This document shows positions 26,526 through 36,462 of a stretch of DNA of 64,000 nt, in pieces. Below the pieces are notes generated by a model. The model saw only the letters and a list, made by a program, of their open reading frames with translations. It was not told where the DNA came from and ran no database searches. Numbering within the stretch: the stretch's first letter is position 1; every line of letters starts with the position of its first letter. The stretch is from Frankiaceae bacterium (GTDB lineage: Bacteria; Actinomycetota; Actinomycetes; BP-191). The position numbers and the translations under genes were made by a program. The stretch lies in NCBI GenBank assembly GCA_035536815.1, contig DATLNJ010000016.1:3970-67969 (forward strand). The letters are read 5' to 3'.

Positions 26526-27845
26526 CTACTTGGTTGTCTCCGGTGCGCCGGTCGAGCCGGCCGAGCCGCCGCCCGAGCTGCTGCCGCCGTCGTCCGAGAC
26601 GGGCTCGTCCGGCGGCACCGCGCCGTCGCTCGGCGGCGGCGGCGTCGCGAGGTAGCGGTCCGGCAGCGCCAGCACCGGCTCCTCCCAGGCCGACCCCTCG
26701 AACGTCAGGAACCAGGCCGGCGCCAGGAACGCACCCTGCGCCTGGTCGTACGAGTGGAACAGCACCAGGCCGAGCCGCAGCTTCTGCGCCTCCCGCGGCG
26801 CCGGAGTCGGGCACGGCTGCGGGCTGCCGCCGTCGGTCTCCGGGCAGGCCATGTCGTGCATCGCGCGCGGCTGCCCGTACGGGCCGCTGCGGTCGGCGGC
26901 GTCGCGCGGCGCGAGCAGCGGGTAGTCGCCCTTGAGCTCGGTGCCGCCGAGGTGGCCGTTGGCGTACTGGATGCGGCCGCCGAGCTCGACGGTCACCCGC
27001 GTCTCGAAGCCGGACGTCGGCAGCCCGCCCACGAGCGGCGCGCCGACGACCTCCTTGCCGGACCACGCGTCGTTGATGGTGGTCGCCGGGTCGGTGAGAC
27101 CGGCCGCGTCGAACACCCGCTGCGCGGCAGCCCGCGCCTCCTCGTCGGACGGCTGCGGCGGCTTCGTCGGCTCGGGGACCGGCTCGCAGGCCGGCTCGGT
27201 GCCGGGCGCCGGCGGCGGGCAGCCGGGGGTCGTGCAGTCCTTCTCGCACGGGCTGTCGCTCGCGGTGGCCGGCGGCATCGGGTCGGACTGGACGGGCGTG
27301 TCGGCCGGCTGGTCCGAGGCGGGCTGGTCGGCGGGCTGGTCGGCGGGCTCGTCGGGCGCCGGCTTGGGTGTGACCGGCTCGGCGATCGGCCGCGCGACCG
27401 CGACGCCCTTGTCGGGGCCGAGGTACCAGGGGGTGCCCGGCTGCTTGTACACGCGCAGCACGCGGTCGCCGGTGCCGACCACCCAGCCCTCGTCGTCGGG
27501 GCGCACGACGCCGACCACGCCGAGGGCGCGGGCGAGGCGGAGGAGGCGTTCGTCCGAGACGTCGCCGCGGGTGACGTCGTGGACCGGGCCCTCGGTGGGA
27601 ACGCCCTGGAGCAGCCGGTCGGGGATCACGATGCGGCCCGCGACGTACATCATGTCGGCGGTCGACGCGGCCGGTGCGCCGCGGCCCTCGCCGCCGGATC
27701 GCGCGCCGAGCGCGATCGGCAACGGCTCCAGCGGCTTCGGCGCCGGGTCGCCGCCCGGGCGGACGGCCAGCGCGGTGAGCCCGGCGAGGACGCCGGCGAA
27801 CACCGCGATCGGTGCGCCGCGGCGGACGAGTGCGGAACGGTCCAT
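26526..27845 (-). CDS. membrane-anchored extracytoplasmic hypothetical protein
   Basis: 439 aa with an N-terminal TM segment (IAVFAGVLAGLTALAV), a Pro/Asp/Gln-rich linker with ADQPADQPASDQPAD repeats, and a Cys-rich patch. I do not recognise a family. Confidence 0.75.
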   Translation of the reverse strand: MDRSALVRRGAPIAVFAGVLAGLTALAVRPGGDPAPKPLEPLPIALGARSGGEGRGAPAASTADMMYVAGRIVIPDRLLQGVPTEGPVHDVTRGDVSDERLLRLARALGVVGVVRPDDEGWVVGTGDRVLRVYKQPGTPWYLGPDKGVAVARPIAEPVTPKPAPDEPADQPADQPASDQPADTPVQSDPMPPATASDSPCEKDCTTPGCPPPAPGTEPACEPVPEPTKPPQPSDEEARAAAQRVFDAAGLTDPATTINDAWSGKEVVGAPLVGGLPTSGFETRVTVELGGRIQYANGHLGGTELKGDYPLLAPRDAADRSGPYGQPRAMHDMACPETDGGSPQPCPTPAPREAQKLRLGLVLFHSYDQAQGAFLAPAWFLTFEGSAWEEPVLALPDRYLATPPPPSDGAVPPDEPVSDDGGSSSGGGSAGSTGAPETTK

Positions 27846-27936
27846 GACCCAACTCCCAGCTCGAATGATCGTCGCGGGTGTGACGCCGTGTCCTGCCTAC
27901 CGGTTCCGCCGCCGCCGCGTCGGGTACGACGCGCGC

Positions 27937-28239
27937 ATGACCGATCAGACCCGAGAGCCCACGACCGCGTCCGACATGAGCGCGGACGGCGCCAAGCAGG
28001 GCAACGACTACGGCTCGCCCGGCACGGCGTCCGAGCAGGAGGGCGCGCAGCCCGCCGGCGGGATCGGCGGGTCCGGCGGCGAGACGCCGTGGGCCGGCGC
28101 GTCGGACGGCGGCGGCTCCGGCCTCGACCAGGACGCCGGCGGCTCCGACCCCAACGGTCCGGCCGTTCCCGACGAGCAGGAGGCGGCGGCCGCGCAGGAC
28201 GGCGTGCAGGAGGCGTTCTCGGTCGACCCGCAGGACTGA
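27937..28239 (+). CDS. small acidic Gly/Asp-rich hypothetical protein
   Basis: An ATG-initiated 100-aa tail of a longer shadow ORF: MTDQTREPTTASDMSADGAKQGNDYGSPGTASEQEG.... It is low-complexity, so coding status is uncertain. Confidence 0.45.
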   Translation: MTDQTREPTTASDMSADGAKQGNDYGSPGTASEQEGAQPAGGIGGSGGETPWAGASDGGGSGLDQDAGGSDPNGPAVPDEQEAAAAQDGVQEAFSVDPQD

Positions 28240-28266
28240 TCCGCGAGGCGGGTTAGCCTCAACGGC

Positions 28267-29439
<1,173 letters not shown>

Positions 29440-29616
29440 CGTCTCCGCAGTTCGTACGTACCTCTCCTAACGCCAAGCGGGAAATGTGCTCGAAGCGTGA
29501 GACCGCGGTCACGGTACGCTCGATCACTGGTGAGCACGCAGCCCATCAGCAGTTGGTCAGCCCATGTGCAACCCGTTACAGTTCAGCGACTTCTGATAAG
29601 CAAAGGCGGTGCAACT

Positions 29617-30474
29617 GTGGCGGATGATCCCCAACCCCGCGGCCACCGCCGAGGGTGGCGCCGCGCGGAGCGCGTCACCACGTATACCCCCCGCGAACTA
29701 GAACAGGCGCTTGAGCGAACGGAGTGGCGAGAATCGGCGGAGTACACCACCGCACAACGAGCCAAGGTGCGCGTCGTGATCGCCACCGTCATGGCTGTGG
29801 GGGGAGGTGCAGTCGTAGGGGCTCTCGTCCTGTCGAACAACCGTACAACATCCGCAGTAGCCGGCGCTGCGATTGGCGGTGGTTTTTCCGCTTATGTCGC
29901 CTTCTACGGGTACATGTTTTACATGATTCAGTTACGGCGTAGGTGGCGTGACCGACGGTTGATTGAAAAGGCGCGCGCTGATCTGGACGCTGCCGAAGCT
30001 GCTGTCTCCAAGACCGAGGCGTCTGAGGATACGGATTTCACGTCGCTATGGGCGGCAACGCAGAAGCGACTTGACTACTACCATCAGATTGCGACCGGTC
30101 AGGCTGAGAACAGTTTTCGCGTGGGTCAGGTGGCGGCTGGCAGCGGGTTACTCGTTATCCTCGGCTGCGCAATTGCTGCTGCGTTCGCGAAGTCGGCCGC
30201 CGCCACCGTTGCCGCGTCGCTTCTCGGTGTCGCAGGCGGTGGGCTCGCAGGCTACATCGGTGCCACATTCATGCGGATGCACGAGAACGCGTCGGACCAG
30301 CTGCGAGCCTACTTTCTGCAGCCACTTGAGTTCTCGAAGATCCTTGCCGGTGAACGCCTACTCGCAGCGATCGATGATCCAGTCGCAAAGACATATGCCG
30401 TCCAGACGCTAATTGAATCCCTCTCTCGCGAGTCTGCCGGTCGTTCTGGTGGCGAGGCTTCGCCACAGCGCTGA
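29617..30474 (+). CDS. multi-TM membrane protein on a low-GC islet; reminiscent of TRADD-N-associated / SLATT-like effector-associated membrane modules
   Basis: GTG at 29617 preceded by AAAGGCGG. TM segments include VVIATVMAVGGGAVVGALVL, AGAAIGGGFSAYVAFYGYMFYMI, VAAGSGLLVILGCAIAAAF and LLGVAGGGLAGYIGATF. The central block is WAATQKRLDYYHQIATGQAENSFRVGQ. Codon usage is much less GC3-biased than in flanking genes. Confidence 0.7.
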   Translation: MADDPQPRGHRRGWRRAERVTTYTPRELEQALERTEWRESAEYTTAQRAKVRVVIATVMAVGGGAVVGALVLSNNRTTSAVAGAAIGGGFSAYVAFYGYMFYMIQLRRRWRDRRLIEKARADLDAAEAAVSKTEASEDTDFTSLWAATQKRLDYYHQIATGQAENSFRVGQVAAGSGLLVILGCAIAAAFAKSAAATVAASLLGVAGGGLAGYIGATFMRMHENASDQLRAYFLQPLEFSKILAGERLLAAIDDPVAKTYAVQTLIESLSRESAGRSGGEASPQR

Positions 30475-30592
30475 TTGCTTGTTGCGCGGCGGCACCAAAC
30501 TAAGCCGTACGAACGATCGACGGCTGCAAGAGGGTAAAGCGCAATGGGCCGGCGCCACCCATCAGCTCAGACTGCGCATCGGGCCATCCCGC

Positions 30593-31279
30593 TCAGACTA
30601 CGGCGGCCTGGGCGGTCGCGAGGCGGACGACTTCGCTGGTGTCGCGTTCCCGCGACTGCGTGACGACGGAGACGACGAACAGCACGTTCTCCCGCGTGAG
30701 CACCACGCGCTGCGCGTGCCGCTCCGAGGCGTCCGGCTGGTCGTGGAACGCCGCCGCGTCCAGCGCGAACGGCGTCGCGAACGGCGTCGCGCCCCGGTCG
30801 AGCGCGCGGGCGACGTAGCCGCGGCGCAGCTCCAGCGCCTGGTCCGGCGTCCCCACCTCGACGGCCAGCACGACGACGGCGCGCGGCGGCTCGCCGCGCC
30901 CGCGCCCCCACGCCCGCAGCACGCCGTCGGCGAAGCCGGGTACGTCGTTCCGGCCGAGCGCCGTCGCGGCCATGCCCTCCGAGAGCGGCCCGCCGCCGGA
31001 GCCGGCGTCGGGCAGCGGCGCGTACCCCGGCGGCTCCCGCAGCAGCCGGGTGAGCCCGGACTCGGCCGGCGCGTCGTGACCGCCGTCCGGCGCACGCAGG
31101 AACAACAGCGCCAGCACGCCGACGAACCCGAGGACGAACAGCGCGAACAGCGCCACCGCGCACCCGAGGCGGGAACGTTCGGCGGGCGGCTCGGGCGGGA
31201 CGCCGTACGGGTCGGACACGAGGAGCAGCGTCGCACGCCGGTACGCTCGCCCGATGCGCATCGCCGTCACCGGGTCCAT
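30593..31279 (-). CDS. membrane-anchored hypothetical protein
   Basis: TM segment LGCAVALFALFVLGFVGVLALLFL followed by a soluble domain. The track start 31279 overlaps the divergent adoK start, so a later start (for example GTG at 31219) is likely. Confidence 0.6.
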   Translation of the reverse strand: MDPVTAMRIGRAYRRATLLLVSDPYGVPPEPPAERSRLGCAVALFALFVLGFVGVLALLFLRAPDGGHDAPAESGLTRLLREPPGYAPLPDAGSGGGPLSEGMAATALGRNDVPGFADGVLRAWGRGRGEPPRAVVVLAVEVGTPDQALELRRGYVARALDRGATPFATPFALDAAAFHDQPDASERHAQRVVLTRENVLFVVSVVTQSRERDTSEVVRLATAQAAVV

Positions 31280-32228
31280 CGCGACCGACTACCTCATGAC
31301 GTTCCACGGCCGCTTCGCCGACCAGCTGCTGCCCGACCAGCTGCACCGGCTGTCGCTGTCGTTCCTCGCCGACGAGCTGGACCGCCGCCGCGGTGGCGTC
31401 GCGGCGAACATCGCGTTCGGCATGGCGCAGCTCGGCGAGTCGCCGATCCTCGTCGGCGCCGTCGGCAGCGACTGGACCGACTACGAGGCGTGGCTGTCGC
31501 GGCACGGCGTAGACACCAGCGGCGTTCAGGTCAGCGAGCTCAAGAACACGGCGCGGTTCTTCTGCACGACCGACGCGGACCAGTGCCAGATCGCGACGTT
31601 CTACCCGGGTGCGATGAGCGAGGCGCGCGACATCGAGCTCGGCCCGATCGCCGAGCGGGCCGGCGGCCTGGACCTCGTGGTGGTGTCGCCGAACGACCCG
31701 CAGGCGATGCTGCGGCACACCGAGGAGGCGCGGGCGCTCGGGCTGAAGTTCGTCGCCGACCCGAGCCAGCAGCTCTCGTCGCTGGAGGGCGACCAGATCC
31801 GCACGCTGGTGGACGGCGCGGAGTTCCTCATCACCAACGACTACGAGGCCGCGCTCATCGAGAGCAAGACCGGCTGGTCGGCCGAGGACGTGCTCGCGCA
31901 CGTCGGCACCCGCATCACCACGCTCGGCGCGAAGGGCTGCATCGTGGAACGGCGCGGCGAGGCCGCGATCGAGGTGCCGGTCGTGCCCGAGGAGCGCAAG
32001 GCCGACCCGACCGGCGTCGGCGACGCGTTCCGCGCGGGGTTCCTCGCGGCGCGGTCGTGGGGGCTGGACCTGGAGCGTTCGGCCCAGGTGGGGACGCTGC
32101 TGGCGACGTACGTGCTGGAGACGGTCGGGACGCAGGAGTACGCGATCGAGCGCGAGTCGTTCGTCGCGCGGTTTGCCGGGACCTACGGCGACGAGGCGGC
32201 GGCGGAGGTCGCCAAGCACCTGTCGTAA
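31254..32228 (+). CDS. adoK: PfkB-family carbohydrate/nucleoside kinase, adenosine kinase-like
   Basis: 324 aa. MRIAVTGSIATDYLMTFHGRFADQLLPDQLHRLSLSFL...DPTGVGDAFRAGFL closely resembles mycobacterial adenosine kinase as I recall it. Confidence 0.85.
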   Translation: MRIAVTGSIATDYLMTFHGRFADQLLPDQLHRLSLSFLADELDRRRGGVAANIAFGMAQLGESPILVGAVGSDWTDYEAWLSRHGVDTSGVQVSELKNTARFFCTTDADQCQIATFYPGAMSEARDIELGPIAERAGGLDLVVVSPNDPQAMLRHTEEARALGLKFVADPSQQLSSLEGDQIRTLVDGAEFLITNDYEAALIESKTGWSAEDVLAHVGTRITTLGAKGCIVERRGEAAIEVPVVPEERKADPTGVGDAFRAGFLAARSWGLDLERSAQVGTLLATYVLETVGTQEYAIERESFVARFAGTYGDEAAAEVAKHLS

Positions 32229-32249
32229 CGCCGCGCCGTCCCCTCGCCG

Positions 32250-32780
32250 TCAGGTGTCGGCGGGGCCGTCGGCCAGTGCCTCCAGCTCCGCGGCGAGCAG
32301 GCGGAAGCCGTCGAGCGAGAAGGGGCGCGTCGGGGTCCAGTTCCCCGAGCGGCCGATGCCCTCGTGGTCGGCTACGAGCGCCGCGTACTCGCCGACGGTG
32401 TGCGAGCCGGCGCCGACGACGATCGAGCCGTCGCTCGCGAGAGCGACCGGCAGTGGCGCAATGCCGGGACCGGTGACGCCGGGCCTCGGGTAGCCGAAGA
32501 GGTGGACGGCGCCGACCACCGCCGTGCGGTCCGGCAGGAACCGGCCCACGCCGCGCCGCCCGACGCTCACCTTGACCTGGATGATCCGCCGCTGGTCGAG
32601 CTGCTGGACCCGTGCGAGAACGTGTGGGACGAGCGCCGCGACGCGTGCCTCGAGGCCGTCGATCTGGGCCTGCTTCGCGCTCCGCGCCGCATCGGTCGCG
32701 CGCCGGCGCGCCGCAGCGAGGTCAGCGGCCTTCGCTGCCGCGAGCCGGTCCAGGTCTCGTGGGCTCATCACGTCCCCCAA
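32250..32780 (-). CDS. hypothetical protein
   Basis: 176-aa ORF with coding-like composition and an N-terminal coiled-coil-like region. I do not recognise a family. Confidence 0.55.
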   Translation of the reverse strand: MGDVMSPRDLDRLAAAKAADLAAARRRATDAARSAKQAQIDGLEARVAALVPHVLARVQQLDQRRIIQVKVSVGRRGVGRFLPDRTAVVGAVHLFGYPRPGVTGPGIAPLPVALASDGSIVVGAGSHTVGEYAALVADHEGIGRSGNWTPTRPFSLDGFRLLAAELEALADGPADT

Positions 32781-32804
32781 GGTCGTAGCGGCGACGTCCG
32801 GTCG

Positions 32805-33035
32805 TCACCGGAGGCGCTTCACGAGGTAGCGGGCGCCTGTCTCGGCCGGCTCGGTCCCGACGAACTCGTGGCCCTTCATCCGGCACCACACCGGGATGTC
32901 CACCCGCGCCGCCTCGTCGTCGGCGACGACCGCCACGACCTGGCCGACCTCGACGTCCTCGATGTGCCGCGCCAGCTCGATCACCGGGATCGGGCAGCGG
33001 CGGCCGAGGACGTCGAGCGTGAGGTCGGCGGTCAC
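32805..33035 (-). CDS. TusA/SirA-family sulfurtransferase
   Basis: 76 aa with LDVLGRRCPIPVIELAR (the CPxP motif). It shares a 4-nt overlap with the upstream cysteine desulfurase. Confidence 0.9.
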   Translation of the reverse strand: MTADLTLDVLGRRCPIPVIELARHIEDVEVGQVVAVVADDEAARVDIPVWCRMKGHEFVGTEPAETGARYLVKRLR

Positions 33036-34108
33036 AGCGCGCTCCGTACGTCGCGGACGACGTCCACCACCGCGTCGAGGAACCGCGTGACGTCGTCGCC
33101 GGTGGTGTCTCGGCCGAGCGAGACGCGGACGTTGCCGTGGGTCAGCACGCCCATCGCCTCAAGCACCGGGCTGGGCAGGCCGCTCTCGGTCCCGCACGAC
33201 GACCCGCTGTTGACCGCGAAGCCGCGCCGGTCGAGCTCCGTGACCAGCGCCTCGCCGTCCACGTAGAGGCAGGAGAACGTCACGACGTGCGGCAGCCGGT
33301 CCACCGGCTCGCCGACGACCTCGACGTCCTCGACCCGCGCGGGGACCTCCGCTCGGATGCGGTCGACGAGGGCGGACAGCCGGGCGGCCTCGGCGTCGCG
33401 TTCGGCGACGACGGCCTCCAGCGCGACGGCGGCGGCGACGATCGCGGGGACGTTGGGGAACCCGTCCGCGAACGGCGCCCGCCACCGGATGCCCTTGCGG
33501 ACGACGAGCACGCCGACGCCCGGCGGGCCGCCCCACTTGTGCGCGGAGGCGGTGAGCAGCGCGGGCGTCTCGACCGCGACGCGGCCGGCGGAGGCGGCGG
33601 CGTCGGTGTGCAGCGGGATGCCGCGTTCGGCGCACGCGGCGGCGACCTCGGCGAGCGGCTGGAGCGTGCCGACCTCGTGGTTGGCGTGCTGCAACGACGC
33701 CACCGCCGTGTCCTCCCGCACCGCCGCCGCGAACTCGCCGGGATCGACGCGGCCGGTGCGCGAGGCGCCGACCATGGTCGCGTCCCGCTGCTCGGCGAAC
33801 GAGCGCACCGCCGAGTGCTCGACGGCGGAGGTGACGAGGTGCGCGCCGACGCGGGCGCGCGCGGCGAGCGTTCCGGCGAGGGCCGCGTGCACGGCGGCAG
33901 TGCCGGACGCCAGGAACGTCACCTCGTCCGGCCGCACCCCGAACGCGCCGGCGACGCGGGCCCGCGCGTCGTCCAGCAGCAGGCGGGCGCGGCGGCCGCT
34001 GCCGTAGAGGCGGGCCGGGTCGGCCCAGCCCTCGTCGTGCGCCGCGAGCAGCACCTCGCGCGCCGCCGGGTGCAGCGGCACGGTGGACGCGTGGTCGAGG
34101 TACGTCAC
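33032..34108 (-). CDS. cysteine desulfurase-family class V aminotransferase
   Basis: 358 aa. Blocks are MTYLDHASTVPLHP, NHEVGTLQPL, SAHKWGGPPGVGVL (PLP-Lys region) and GSSCGTES. Confidence 0.88.
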   Translation of the reverse strand: MTYLDHASTVPLHPAAREVLLAAHDEGWADPARLYGSGRRARLLLDDARARVAGAFGVRPDEVTFLASGTAAVHAALAGTLAARARVGAHLVTSAVEHSAVRSFAEQRDATMVGASRTGRVDPGEFAAAVREDTAVASLQHANHEVGTLQPLAEVAAACAERGIPLHTDAAASAGRVAVETPALLTASAHKWGGPPGVGVLVVRKGIRWRAPFADGFPNVPAIVAAAVALEAVVAERDAEAARLSALVDRIRAEVPARVEDVEVVGEPVDRLPHVVTFSCLYVDGEALVTELDRRGFAVNSGSSCGTESGLPSPVLEAMGVLTHGNVRVSLGRDTTGDDVTRFLDAVVDVVRDVRSAL

Positions 34109-34152
34109 CGGACGATCGTGTCAGGTGCGCGGCGGGGTCGGCGCGCGACCGG

Positions 34153-36348
34153 TCAGGCGAAGCGGGCGAGCTGCGCGGCGGCGAGGGCACGGGTCTCGCC
34201 GGCCAGGTTGCCGGTGCCGGGCACCGCCACCCGCGCCTCGATGACGACGGTGCCCGTGCGGACGACCGCGATGGTCTCGTTGTAGTGCCGGCCGCGGATC
34301 GTGGTGCCGACGTAGTAGACGCGGCCGTTCGGGATGAAGCGGCCGGCGTCGAACGGTCGCAGCCGCGCGCCGAGCAGGCGTTCGACCTCCTCCGCCCCGG
34401 CGTGGGTCTGCGAGACGACGACGGTGGTGACGGCGCGTCGGCGCGGCGCGGACGCGTCGCCGTCCCGCCAGTACGCCGCGGCCACCCGGTCCACCCCGGC
34501 CGCCGTGAGGGTCTTGGCGGGGATGCCCTCCTGCTCGGCGAGGTCGCGGACGGTGAGCCGGCCGCGGTCGGCGAGCGTGTACCCGCTGCCGGGGTTGACG
34601 AGCAGCTTGTCCAGGTCGGCGAGCGCGGCGCGGACGTACCGGCGCCAGCCGGCGAGCAGCTCGTCCTCGGTGATGCCGAGGACCTTGCGCAGCGCGCCGG
34701 GCAGCTTCTCGCCGGGTTTCCTGAGGCCGGTGGGCGTGCCCATCTCGTCGTGGAACGCGAGCAGCTTGGCCCGGCCCCAGCGCGAGGCGATGTAACGGGA
34801 GAGCAGCCAGGCGCCGTTGTAGCCGATGCCGGCGTCGTTGATGAGGCCGAAGTCGCTGTCGGTGGGCAGCGACGTGGGAACGCCGTTCTTGCGCACCTCC
34901 TCGGCCAGCTCGGCGGCGAGGACGTCGGTGGCGAGGCCGGCGCCGGCGTTGCCGACGTACTCGGCGACGCCCTCGACCAGCCACTTCGGGCTGAGCGGCC
35001 CGACCCGGTCGAGCATCGCGACGTGCGTGATCTCGTGCCGGATCAGCTGCTTGGTGAACTCGCTGTCCGCCTCGAACCCCTCGGGGTTGATGACGACCCG
35101 GCTCCCCGCGAGCCGCTCGTCCTCACCCTTGCGGGGGGCGGTCGTGAGGTGGCGCGCGACCGCGGCGAACTCGAAGAACGTCGTGGGATTCTCGAGGATG
35201 CGGTCCAGCTCGTCGTCGTCGGTGGGCAGGACGACGACGACCTTGCGGTTCCACCGCTTGCGGCCGACGTAGGAGACGACGTGGCGCAGCGCGCGGTCGA
35301 CCTCCTTGCGGATCGCGCCGATGGCCGCGCGGTCCTCGGGGTGACCGATCACGAGGCTGCTCTTGGTGCGCTCGACGACGATCGGGCCGTTCTCCCAGGG
35401 GTCGACGCGGACCGAGGTGCCGGACGACGTGATGTTCTCCAGGTCGGTGTCGCCGCCGATGTACCAGGTGCCGCGGCGGCGGACCACCGTGTAGACGACG
35501 CGGCGGCCGACCTCGTCCACGTCGAAGCCCTTGAGCTGGTAGCGCAGGGTCAGCACCGGCAGCCAGACGTCCTGGATGGCGCCGTAGCGCGCGAAGTCGA
35601 TGTCGCCGGGGGAGTACGACTCGCCGTCGCGCTCGTAGGACCACGCCGCGAAGTCCAGCTTGCCGAGCGAGGTGAACACCTCGCGCTGCCGCGCCACGAA
35701 CTCCCCCTGCTGCGGGTCGAGGTCGCGCAGGAACGCGTCGAGGTCGCGGTTGCGGATCGCCGCGGCGCGGCGGTCGAACAGCGCGTCGACCGCGGCGTCG
35801 CGCTCGCGGGCGCGACGGGCCGCCTGCTCGGGTGACTCCTCGACCAGGGCGCGTTCGACGGCGACGGAGGCGGGTAGCGCGGAGCCGCCGCCGCCACGGC
35901 GCGCGAGGACGACGACGTCGGCGGCGAGCACGAGCAGCGCGACCAGCAGCGTGACCCACATGAGCGGGAACGGCCGGCGCCGGCGCGGGGCGGGCGGCGG
36001 CGCTCCCGGCGCGGCGTACGGGTCACCGGGGGGCGGGGTGGCCGGCGGCCACGGTGCGCGGGCGGGCGGCGCGTCGTACGGCGCCACCGGGGGAGTGCCA
36101 GCGGCCGGTGGCGGCGGACCGAGTGGTGGCGCGCCCCACGGTGGCTGGGTGGGCGGCGGCGCGACGGGTGGTACGGCAGCCGGCGGGCCGGGCGGCGCGC
36201 CCCACGGCGGCTGCGGCGAGCCAGGCGGCGGGTTGGGCGGAACAGCGCCCCACGGCGGCTGCGGCGGGCCTGACGGCGGGCCTGCGGGCGGCCCGAACCG
36301 ACCCGCCTCCCCGGCGGGCTGCCCGGCGCGCTCGTCCTCCACCCGCAC
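34153..36348 (-). CDS. membrane-anchored putative zinc metallopeptidase (HExxH) with Pro-rich cytoplasmic N-terminus
   Basis: 731 aa. The N-terminus has three PPWGA-type repeats, followed by a TM segment (LMWVTLLVALLVLAADVVVLA). The large external domain contains LIRHEITHVAMLD. Confidence 0.75.
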   Translation of the reverse strand: MRVEDERAGQPAGEAGRFGPPAGPPSGPPQPPWGAVPPNPPPGSPQPPWGAPPGPPAAVPPVAPPPTQPPWGAPPLGPPPPAAGTPPVAPYDAPPARAPWPPATPPPGDPYAAPGAPPPAPRRRRPFPLMWVTLLVALLVLAADVVVLARRGGGGSALPASVAVERALVEESPEQAARRARERDAAVDALFDRRAAAIRNRDLDAFLRDLDPQQGEFVARQREVFTSLGKLDFAAWSYERDGESYSPGDIDFARYGAIQDVWLPVLTLRYQLKGFDVDEVGRRVVYTVVRRRGTWYIGGDTDLENITSSGTSVRVDPWENGPIVVERTKSSLVIGHPEDRAAIGAIRKEVDRALRHVVSYVGRKRWNRKVVVVLPTDDDELDRILENPTTFFEFAAVARHLTTAPRKGEDERLAGSRVVINPEGFEADSEFTKQLIRHEITHVAMLDRVGPLSPKWLVEGVAEYVGNAGAGLATDVLAAELAEEVRKNGVPTSLPTDSDFGLINDAGIGYNGAWLLSRYIASRWGRAKLLAFHDEMGTPTGLRKPGEKLPGALRKVLGITEDELLAGWRRYVRAALADLDKLLVNPGSGYTLADRGRLTVRDLAEQEGIPAKTLTAAGVDRVAAAYWRDGDASAPRRRAVTTVVVSQTHAGAEEVERLLGARLRPFDAGRFIPNGRVYYVGTTIRGRHYNETIAVVRTGTVVIEARVAVPGTGNLAGETRALAAAQLARFA

Positions 36349-36462
36349 GATGCTAGGGGGCGGATGCGACAGAAACCGGCTGAACGCGGTCGTTCACCCT
36401 TCCCACATCCGGATCGGGTGCGAGAATCGGAGTGCTGCCCCTACCTTCCCTGAAGGGCCCTC

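Noticed and set aside
27290-27365. Short tandem repeats (ggctggtcggcgg-like units) as a possible CRISPR or VNTR
   Set aside because: There are only 2-3 imperfect 12-nt units, in frame, encoding the ADQPADQPASDQPAD linker of a secreted protein. There is no spacer structure and no cas genes anywhere in the window.
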